Source: Candidatus Sericytochromatia bacterium
GTDB taxonomy: Bacteria > Cyanobacteriota > Sericytochromatia > UBA7694
Direction: 5' to 3'
DNA: 64,000 bases
Assembly (NCBI GenBank): GCA_050248915.1
Contig: JBFWRL010000001.1
Location: 68,218 to 132,217, forward strand
The notes beneath the pieces were generated by a model. That model searched no databases and was not told where the DNA came from. It saw only the letters and a program-made list of their open reading frames with translations. The first letter of the stretch is position 1, and every line of letters starts with the position of its first letter. Positions 1-7,318 of the stretch are shown here, piece by piece. A program made the translations under genes and the position numbers.

Positions 1-1729
1 ACCCAAAGAGAGGGTAGCGTGTGCAAAATCCTTATAATCAGAATTTAACTCGATATTTTGCTCATACTCAATATTTTGTAAGTCAGGGTGATCGCGATCA
101 AATCCATGTTCTAACACAGCAATTTTAATTTGGGGGCTGCCTCGGGTAATATCCCAGGCTCCCGGTTGAAGGCTCGAACTGGCTGAAGTATGTGAGAGAA
201 TACGGGTGCTTTCTAACCACAGCCGTTTTTGCGGATCTTTATACTCTCCATTTAAAGTCGGATCCATTTCTTTGGGCTGATAAGGAGATTCGGAGATAAA
301 CACAGGGAAAGCCTCTTCGACAAAAGGTAACACTTTGAGGCGATCCACTACTTCCCAAACATCCTGGTTGGGCGCAAACGTCATGCGATAAAACAAGCTC
401 TGGTTTGGCACTTCGCGCCCTTGGGTTGTTTGCAGATATTGTTCTGATTGCTCATGTTCAGCAGGCGTTCCGGGCATGGTCGGGTAAACACCTGTAATTC
501 GGCTGCCCAAAGCAGCCTGTAACATGCGCAGGCTCAGCTCTGATTCATCATGTAAGCCTTGCAAAGAATCCCCTGCTAAGCGAATTTTGGAGCCTTCCAA
601 AAATTTGACACCCACCACACCTGCTTCAACAGATGAACGACGGGCTTCTGGTGAGTGGGCAATCGCACTGTGAAAAGCAGTGGGAATGTCCAGGGGCAAC
701 ATAAATCCATCTAAACGTACCTGGGCCTGACTGCCCGAACTCCCCTGAGCAATGATTTCAAGGGTATTGGCACCTTGACGCAAAAGTCCAGCCACCTCCA
801 AGGTTAAATCGGGCGTATTGGGTGTTAAGATACGCTGGTCTCGCACTCCAGCCAAAACATTTTGACCATTGAGCAAGACTTCCAAACCACTGACAGCCAC
901 CCCCGATTGGCCTGTGCGGGCAGTCAGTAAGATTCTGCGGCGCAGATCTGCAGCTTCATTGACTTGAAAAGTCAAAGATTGAGTCATTTGTGCGGCGTTA
1001 AAGGTCAAGGTGGTGGTTGGGAGAAAGGTTTTGCGAACAGCCGCATTGGCAGGAATAGCAATAGCTTCTCTTTGGCAGCGTTGAGTCAGATTATTGGCCT
1101 GTGCTGTGGCAAATTGATTACCCAGTTTCCAGGTGAGATGGTCGGTATTAAAAACCACGGCCACAGGACTGTTGGGATAAATAGCGCTGCGTCCAACAGG
1201 GAAAATGACAGGCTGTCCCCGATCATGTTCTGAATGTTTGGAGGGTTTTCCATGATCCTGGTTTTCTCTATCATGCGGATCTTTGTCCCCATGCTCGCGC
1301 TCTTCTCCGGAATTGGGGCGCTCTGCATCTCGCTTGTCTTGGGAGTGGTTTTGTTTTGTTGAGTGTGTTTTGAAATCACCGTATCTAAAGTCGTCATAGC
1401 GCTCCCGTTCACGATGATGAGGTCGATTCTGATCAGCACTTAAAGCAGGGGTAAACTGATTTTTTTCACCCACAGGCAAACGCATTTCTTTGGATGTTGA
1501 ATTTTCAAAACTGAAATAGGCGGTGTATGTTCCCAATCGATTGGGCTGGACACAATCCAAGACAGGATAGAGATCGGGTTTGGCCCGTTCAGGACGTTTG
1601 CCCAAAATACCGAAATCCAATGGATGAGAACTCAAAGAAGCATTGGGCAAGGTTTGGCAACTGCTTAAAACCAGAGGAATCAAAAGCAAATAGATAGATA
1701 GATAGATAGAACGTTTATTATATCTCATT
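1..1729 (-). CDS. Subtilisin-like (peptidase S8 family) lipoprotein, N-terminal part only; gene runs off the window start
   Basis: Uninterrupted minus-strand frame from ATG at 1729-1727 to the window edge (absent from the ORF track because no stop lies in the window). The N-terminus MRYNKRSIYLSIYLLLIPLVLSSC has a signal peptide plus lipobox LSSC. Near the window start the translation reads ...DPQKRLWLESTRILSHTSASSSSLQPGAWDITRGSPQIKIAVLEHGFDRDHPDL. This aligns residue-for-residue with the subtilase block VKVAVIDSGIDSSHPDL, but Glu-His replaces the catalytic Asp-Ser. The His and Ser blocks lie outside the window. Confidence 0.6.
1691..1710. repeat. (TAGA)5 tetranucleotide simple-sequence repeat within codons 7-13 of the S8-like lipoprotein gene
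   Basis: tagatagatagatagataga read directly at 1691-1710. On the minus strand it encodes SIYLSIYL of the signal peptide. The unit length of 4 is not a multiple of 3. Confidence 0.9.
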
Positions 1730-1849
1730 CAAAATGCCCTCTGGATTACATTTCTGTGCAAGCAGCAATGCAAAAATGATAATTCATCGATACAAAAAAG
1801 TCAAAATTATTTTAAACCCGCCGCCTTTACAGCCACAGTCGCCAAATGC

Positions 1850-4039
1850 TTGAATGAGAGCAGTTCCAACAAGGATGACCGCCCCCCACACATGTCTGTG
1901 TCCTCACACTTGGCACTCGCCCAAACCCACCACGCCCAGGGAGATCTGGCTCAGGCCCTGGCGCTTTACCAGTTTTTGCTACAGACCGAACCAGAGGCCC
2001 GGCAGCTTCCCCAACTTTGGTGGGGCTTGGCGCTCTTGGCCTGGCAAGCGGGAGAAGGGCGGCGGGCCGAGGGCTTTTTTCAGCAGGCTTGGCAATACGC
2101 GGCCCCCAGCTTGCCACTGCCCAATGCCAGCGAATTTGAGGCATTTCCCAGAGATTACCAGCAGCTGGTGCTGAGCTTTGTCTTGGCCCTGATCGCCGCC
2201 TGGCAGGCCAGCCCGGCCCGTGCTTTGGCCCATCAATTGGCGCTGAGACTCTGCAGCTATCCCCCCACCCACGCTGAACAGAGCTGCATTCTGGCCTCGC
2301 TTTTACACGCACTGGGCGAACACGCCCAAGCCCTATTAACCTGCCGCCAATCACTTGAAATCAGCCCTTCGGCCCAGGCCTGGTTTGTACTGGCGCAATT
2401 GCGCTTTTCACTCGGCGATGCCAGCGGGGGCAGCGAGTCCTGTCGCTTGGCCCTCGATCTCGATCCCTTGCACAGCGAGGCCCGCACCCTCTTGGCCCAT
2501 GCCTTGCTCGAAAGCCACCAATTGGAAGAAGCCTTGGGCCAGTATGAGACCGTGCTGGCCCAAAAACCCGATTTTGCCGCGCTGCACTTTCATTTGGGCA
2601 GGATGTACCAGTCGCTGGGCGCATTGCCCGAGGCGCAAAGACATTACCAGCGGGCCACAGAACAGGCCCCCAACCTGCTCTGGGAATTGCAGTCCCGTTT
2701 GTGTTATGCGCCCCTGCCCGCATCCCAAGCGGCGCTTCAGAAGAGCTTAGCGGGCCTTGAAAACAGCCTGAATCAGCCCCAGATCCCGATTGAATTGGCC
2801 CCGCTGCAAGCCCAATTGGCCCAGACCAATCTCGACACCCTCTTTGATCTCAATTATCTCTGTGAAGATCCCCTGCCGCTCAAACGGCGCTTTGGGAAAT
2901 TGTTTGAATATGAAGCAGGCCCCACAGCCCACTCAAATCCTGCCTTCACCCCCGCTGAAGCTGCGCGCCCGCTCACAATGGGGGTCTTGATCAGCCCCAA
3001 ACACGAAGGGGTCTTTGCCTTTGTCAGCGGGCAGCTCTTGGCCCAATTGGACCCCGCTGAAATTGACGTCACACTGCTGATCTGGCCCGCTTCAGAGGCG
3101 ATTTGCGCCCAGCTTTTGCCCAGTTTGCCCCGGCAGATCCTCAGTGCCGACTGGGCCCAGAGCGTGGCAAGCGTGCAGGCCAAGCGCTTTGACCTGGTCT
3201 ATTTTTGGGAAGTCGGCACCGACCCACTCAATTATTTTTTGCCGTATTTCCGCCTGGGCAGAATCCAGTGGACTTCCTGGGGCAGTGGGGGCAGCAGCGG
3301 CCATCCCCAGATCGACGCTTTTCTCTCGACCCACAGCCTCGAAGGGCCCCAGCCAGAAAGCCGCTACAGCGAAAAACTCTACCAAATGCAAGCACTGCCC
3401 CTCTGGTATGAACCCCGGCATTTGCCCACTTCAGGCCTCAGCCGAAGCCAGCTCGGCCTGCCTGAAGACGTGGTTTTGGCGCTCTGCCCGCATAATCTGC
3501 TCAAATTGCACCCCCATTTTGACGCCATTTTGGCCGAGATCTGTAGGCAGAACCCAGACTTAAAGCTGGTCTTGGTCCACAGCCGCAACCCGGTCTGGAA
3601 CCGGCAAATAGAAACCCGCCTGAAACAAAACATCGCCCCCGAACAACTGCTCTTTTTAGGGCGCCTGCCCGCCCCCGACTTTTTGGCGCTTTTGCAAGTG
3701 GGGGATTTTGCCCTCGATCCCTGGCCTTATGGCGCGGGAAAACTGGCCTTTGAAATGCTCGGGCTGGGCCTGCCCCTTTTAACCCGGCCCAGTAAAATGC
3801 TCAAAGGCCGCATCCCCACAGCCCTTTACCAGGTCTTGGAAATGCCTGAGCTGCTGGCCAGCTCTGAGCAAGACTATCTGGCTAAGGCCCATCGTTTGGC
3901 CAAAGATCGCAGCTATCGCGAAGCACTCAAAGCCAGACTCCAAGAGCGCCGCAGCCGTCTATTTGCCAATCAAGCGGCGGTGACAGAATTGACACAGGTC
4001 TTGCGCCAGATGGCCCAAAACCCAGGCAGAGTGTTTTAG
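1850..4039 (+). CDS. TPR-repeat protein fused to an O-GlcNAc-transferase-like (GT41/SPINDLY-type) C-terminal glycosyltransferase domain
   Basis: 729-aa ORF. The central part has TPR-like helical repeats (e.g. LGDASGGSESCRLALDLDPLHSEARTLLAHALLESHQLEEALGQYETVLAQKPDFAALHFHLGRMYQSLG). The C-terminal 350 aa (MGVLISPKHEGVF...DFALDPWPYGAGKLAFEMLGLGLPLLTRPSKMLKGRIPTALYQVLEMPELLASSEQDYLAKAHRLAKDRSYREALKARLQERR) match the pattern of OGT/GT41 C-terminal domains from memory. An alternative start is M at 1892. Confidence 0.7.
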   Translation: MNESSSNKDDRPPHMSVSSHLALAQTHHAQGDLAQALALYQFLLQTEPEARQLPQLWWGLALLAWQAGEGRRAEGFFQQAWQYAAPSLPLPNASEFEAFPRDYQQLVLSFVLALIAAWQASPARALAHQLALRLCSYPPTHAEQSCILASLLHALGEHAQALLTCRQSLEISPSAQAWFVLAQLRFSLGDASGGSESCRLALDLDPLHSEARTLLAHALLESHQLEEALGQYETVLAQKPDFAALHFHLGRMYQSLGALPEAQRHYQRATEQAPNLLWELQSRLCYAPLPASQAALQKSLAGLENSLNQPQIPIELAPLQAQLAQTNLDTLFDLNYLCEDPLPLKRRFGKLFEYEAGPTAHSNPAFTPAEAARPLTMGVLISPKHEGVFAFVSGQLLAQLDPAEIDVTLLIWPASEAICAQLLPSLPRQILSADWAQSVASVQAKRFDLVYFWEVGTDPLNYFLPYFRLGRIQWTSWGSGGSSGHPQIDAFLSTHSLEGPQPESRYSEKLYQMQALPLWYEPRHLPTSGLSRSQLGLPEDVVLALCPHNLLKLHPHFDAILAEICRQNPDLKLVLVHSRNPVWNRQIETRLKQNIAPEQLLFLGRLPAPDFLALLQVGDFALDPWPYGAGKLAFEMLGLGLPLLTRPSKMLKGRIPTALYQVLEMPELLASSEQDYLAKAHRLAKDRSYREALKARLQERRSRLFANQAAVTELTQVLRQMAQNPGRVF

Positions 4040-4069
4040 ACCAAGCGTGCAAACCTGGGCAAAAGTCAG

Positions 4070-5290
4070 TTATTCGCCAGCGGGCAATTGGGTGTCGTTG
4101 CCGCTCTCGGTGCTGCTGCAGGTGCGGTTGTCGTAAGGGGGCACGCGGTTGGTGAGAGAAGCCTTTTTTAAACGCTCAAATTCGGCCTGGTAAAATTGGG
4201 CCACTTTGGGAGAGCGAATCAGCAGGGTGTTTTCGTTGTTGTTGTTTTCGGCATTTTTGGAAAAATTATACGAGCCCGTGATCACCAATTGATCGTCGAT
4301 AATAATCACCTTGCTGTGCAAAAGGGCCTGGTTGCCATCGATCATGACGGGGATATTTTTGGTCAAGAGCTGCTGGTAGACCGAATACTGGCTGATCATG
4401 CAGCCATCAAAAATGCCTTCGACTTTTACACCTGCGCGGTGTTTGTCGATCAACATTTTCTGAATATCTTCATCGGTGATCGAAAAAGCCATAAAGCGAA
4501 TGCGTTTGCGCGCTTTGCCCAGGGCCTCCATAATCGCGGGTTTGGTGCCGCCTTTGGGCGAGAAAAAGGTCTGAATCACAGCGCCATCAACCTGCACCAC
4601 AGGGAAGGGAATTTCGTGGGGATTGGGCCCGCGCAGCTCTTTGACATAGAGGCGGTCAAACTCGGCTTGGTAATTGGCGGCCAATTGTTTGGAGGTAATT
4701 TTGAGGGAATTATTATTGTCGCGGTACATCGAATAGGGCGTGAGATTGAGCGAACCCGTGACCACGTGCTCCCCGTCGATAATCATAAATTTATTGTGCA
4801 TAAAGGCCGTGCGGTTATCGCCTTTGATGCCGATCCCGGCTTTTTTCATGGCAGCATGCAGGGGTTTAAGTGCGCCACTGCGGCCATTGGCGTACATATT
4901 TTCGCTGTCGGTCATGATTCGGACTTTTACGCCCCGTTTGCGGGCAGCCATCAGGGCCTCACCAGCAGAGGGTTCTTCGATGTCAAAGATCGCGACATCG
5001 ATTGTTTTTTGGGCTTCGGCAATCAGTTTGACAAAGATTTTATCGGGGTTTTGGGGATCTTGGTGGCCTGCCACTTCGTTATCGGCATAAAGGGCCTGGT
5101 AGGCATTGTTGAATTTGACAGCCAGATCGCCGTGGTAGAGGGCGTCGAAGGCACCGAGCGCAATCGGGGCGCGGTTGGGCAAGAACGCTTGCTGGAAAGG
5201 CGGGGGAGAGGCAGAGCAGGCAGCCAAAGCGCCCAAAGCCAGAATACTGGCCAAGAAACCTTTGACAATCTGACTGGTTTTAAAAGACAT
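4070..5290 (-). CDS. Phospholipase D-family protein with two HKD motifs, predicted lipoprotein (PLD/Nuc-like phosphodiesterase)
   Basis: 406-aa ORF with signal peptide and lipobox (LGALAACSASP). Two HxKxxxxD...GSxN motifs are present: FMHNKFMIIDGEHVVTGSLN and LLHSKVIIIDDQLVITGSYN. Confidence 0.8.
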   Translation of the reverse strand: MSFKTSQIVKGFLASILALGALAACSASPPPFQQAFLPNRAPIALGAFDALYHGDLAVKFNNAYQALYADNEVAGHQDPQNPDKIFVKLIAEAQKTIDVAIFDIEEPSAGEALMAARKRGVKVRIMTDSENMYANGRSGALKPLHAAMKKAGIGIKGDNRTAFMHNKFMIIDGEHVVTGSLNLTPYSMYRDNNNSLKITSKQLAANYQAEFDRLYVKELRGPNPHEIPFPVVQVDGAVIQTFFSPKGGTKPAIMEALGKARKRIRFMAFSITDEDIQKMLIDKHRAGVKVEGIFDGCMISQYSVYQQLLTKNIPVMIDGNQALLHSKVIIIDDQLVITGSYNFSKNAENNNNENTLLIRSPKVAQFYQAEFERLKKASLTNRVPPYDNRTCSSTESGNDTQLPAGE

Positions 5291-5400
5291 GCAAAAACCT
5301 CTCTACGCGCTTTATCCCTGTTAATTATTCATCTGGGGTTGGGAGGCAAAGCTTGCGGGAGTTAAAGGATAATTAACCTGGGTTTTAATTGAAAATAATC

Positions 5401-5667
5401 TTATTCGTAGTGTGTCCAGAGCCGAATGACTTTCACCGTTTGACTCTCCTCCAGCACCTGATACACCAAACGGTGCTGGATATTGATTCTGCGCGAATAG
5501 GCCCCGGCCAAATCCCCGACCAATTTTTCATAAGGTGGCGGATTCTGATAGGGATTTGTGTGTAACACAGCCAAAAGACGTGAGGCCTGAGGTTTGAATC
5601 CCGCTTTGGCGAGCTTTTTGGCGTCCTTTTGGGCTTGGCGCGTAAAGACGAGCTGCCAGCTCACCAA
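5401..5667 (-). CDS. yoeB: YoeB/Txe-family type II toxin (mRNA interferase)
   Basis: 88 aa. The C-terminal YSRRINIQHRLVYQVLEESQTVKVIRLWTHY matches the YoeB consensus (...WSRRITEEHRLVY...). It overlaps the upstream antitoxin stop by 7 nt, the typical TA arrangement. Confidence 0.85.
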   Translation of the reverse strand: MVSWQLVFTRQAQKDAKKLAKAGFKPQASRLLAVLHTNPYQNPPPYEKLVGDLAGAYSRRINIQHRLVYQVLEESQTVKVIRLWTHYE

Positions 5668-5903
5668 TCAAGTTCCTGGGTGCACGCCTCGATCGGGGTA
5701 TTCAGCCCCTCACGGATCGATTCACGCATACCGGGAATAGAAAGCAAATACAGGCTTTCTTGAATGGAGCGCCAATCTTCTTCCGAAAGCAAAATGGCGG
5801 TGTTGCGCTTGCCAATAATTTGCACGGGTTCATGGGTGTCTTGCACCTGGTCTACCAAGTGGTAAAGCTGTTTTCGGGCCTCTGAAGCGGAGAAACTGGT
5901 CAC
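5661..5903 (-). CDS. yefM: YefM/Phd-family antitoxin
   Basis: The C-terminal 80 aa of ORF 5661..6167 (VTSFSASEARKQLYHLVDQVQDTHEPVQIIGKRNTAILLSEEDWRSIQESLYLLSIPGMRESIREGLNTPIEACTQELDW) match YefM (ISYSEARQNL...ILITRQN...[27 protein letters not shown]). I place the start at in-frame GTG 5903, preceded by GGAGGA at 5909-5914 with a 5-nt spacer. The 168-aa ATG-initiated version in the ORF track is probably an over-extension. Confidence 0.7.
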   Translation of the reverse strand: MTSFSASEARKQLYHLVDQVQDTHEPVQIIGKRNTAILLSEEDWRSIQESLYLLSIPGMRESIREGLNTPIEACTQELDW

Positions 5904-5920
5904 GGGATTCCTCCTGTTTT

Positions 5921-5960
5921 CGTACGTTTTATCGTACGCCTTTGGGCAGGGCTGTGTCAA
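5921..5960 (-). promoter_or_regulatory. Putative yefM-yoeB promoter with tandem GTAC-core operator palindromes
   Basis: On the minus strand, TTGACA (plus 5955-5960) is followed after 18 nt by TACGAT (plus 5931-5936). Two palindromic hexamers CGTACG sit at 5921-5926 and 5933-5938, with 12-bp centre-to-centre spacing. This overlaps the -10/TSS region and lies just upstream of the RBS. The arrangement resembles the E. coli yefM-yoeB L/S operator (TGTACA cores 12 bp apart) as I recall it. Confidence 0.5.
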
Positions 5961-6079
5961 TTCTGTTGGTTCACTTTTGGCGAGATCGCTTGGTAAGCTT
6001 AAATCTGTGGCCGCAATTGGTTTCAATTCGTTGCAAACTGGGAATGATTGAGGAATCTCATTGAGTTGGGAGAACGTCT

Positions 6080-7243
6080 TTGCGTTCATATCTATTTTTT
6101 CTAACAAAAATCCTTGGCATCTTTCAACTTTTGGTTTTTCTGAATGGGTGTAGAGAATCTTTTTCAATTGAAACAGGCGTCATTGATCCATTCTCCTTGG
6201 CCTGGGCTCAGAACCAAGACCCTCATTTGCTGTTTAAATATGGTTATTTATCAGGCACTCCGAATAACGCCATTAGTGAGACACGTTATTATCAGCTCAA
6301 TATTCGTGAGCCAGAGACCCCTGTCTTAACAGAAATCGACCAAAATACGATGCAGGCTCAAACTCCGCCGTCCAATCTGTTGGGACGGGATTTATTGGTC
6401 AAAGATCTTGAGAAACTCAGACCTTTGCCGAATGACCAAATTTCCCTGATAAAAAACAACAATATTGTAGCCTGCAGTTTGCACCCCAGTAAGCAGTGGC
6501 TATTGGTCGCCCATAAACAAAAGCCATCCACCCCTGAGATGCCAGAGACCATTTATAGTCTGTATCAAATAGAAGATCACAGCTATCGCAATCTCAAAGG
6601 ATTGGCATCGTTGACCCGCTCCAGCGACCCCCGGCGCGAAGTTGTACTCAGTTGGACAGGTTTTAACAATGATATTTTGGTGGAATATGAAGAGAACGAC
6701 CGGGTCTACCACGCTCGCAGTCAGATTGATCTGAATACAGCAGAGTTAAAGCCGCTAACTGTGTTTAAAAGTTATGCGCAGAGAGAAAATGAAGAAAAGC
6801 GCTGGGAGGCCAGCTTTGTTCCTCTCAGCCGCCATTTTCGACCACTTCAAGACAGTGAGACCGATGTCAAAGTCCTGGGTTGGGAAAGTGCCGACAAGGT
6901 ATTCTTTCTTGAAAAAAAGGCCAATGACAGGGCTATCTCTCTGATCAGCTACGACTTTCAAACCCAGACAGAGACACAAGTGGCAAAGATGGAACGCGAA
7001 CAGAGTTATTATGATTATTTAGAGACCAGAGAGCAAATTTCCCTCCCACAAGACAAAGTGGTCTACCTCATTCGCAAAGCAAAAGAAGGAACCGATGAAC
7101 TCTGGCTCAGTAATTTCAAAGGGACAGAGCGAACGATGATTCTTAACCGAATTCGGGATTTACCCGTGGGCCTTTCGGAATTTGTGAATATAAAAAGAAT
7201 TATATACCCTGAGTTTAGGCCTAAAATAATTCAAGATGATTAA
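6080..7243 (+). CDS. Hypothetical lipoprotein encoded in an AT-rich segment
   Basis: 387-aa ORF. The N-terminus MRSYLFFLTKILGIFQLLVFLNGC carries a lipobox. I recognise no family. The gene and its flanks (about 6000-7320) are visibly AT-richer than the surrounding DNA. Confidence 0.55.
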   Translation: MRSYLFFLTKILGIFQLLVFLNGCRESFSIETGVIDPFSLAWAQNQDPHLLFKYGYLSGTPNNAISETRYYQLNIREPETPVLTEIDQNTMQAQTPPSNLLGRDLLVKDLEKLRPLPNDQISLIKNNNIVACSLHPSKQWLLVAHKQKPSTPEMPETIYSLYQIEDHSYRNLKGLASLTRSSDPRREVVLSWTGFNNDILVEYEENDRVYHARSQIDLNTAELKPLTVFKSYAQRENEEKRWEASFVPLSRHFRPLQDSETDVKVLGWESADKVFFLEKKANDRAISLISYDFQTQTETQVAKMEREQSYYDYLETREQISLPQDKVVYLIRKAKEGTDELWLSNFKGTERTMILNRIRDLPVGLSEFVNIKRIIYPEFRPKIIQDD

Positions 7244-7318
7244 AAATATGGCTAATCTGTTACATAAAATAGATCAATCAAGATCTGTTTTTTTACTTTT
7301 CTAGTCAGAAGATAAAAA

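Noticed and set aside
4196-5365. 389-aa ORF on the plus strand antisense to the PLD gene
   Set aside because: It is entirely embedded opposite a gene with clear HKD motifs and a lipobox. The translation is low-complexity with no motifs. It is a typical GC-frame shadow ORF.
5661-6167. 168-aa ATG-initiated version of yefM
   Set aside because: Only the C-terminal 80 aa match YefM. An in-frame GTG with a GGAGGA RBS sits at 5903, and the operator and promoter sit between 5921 and 5960. The upstream 88 codons run through the promoter region.
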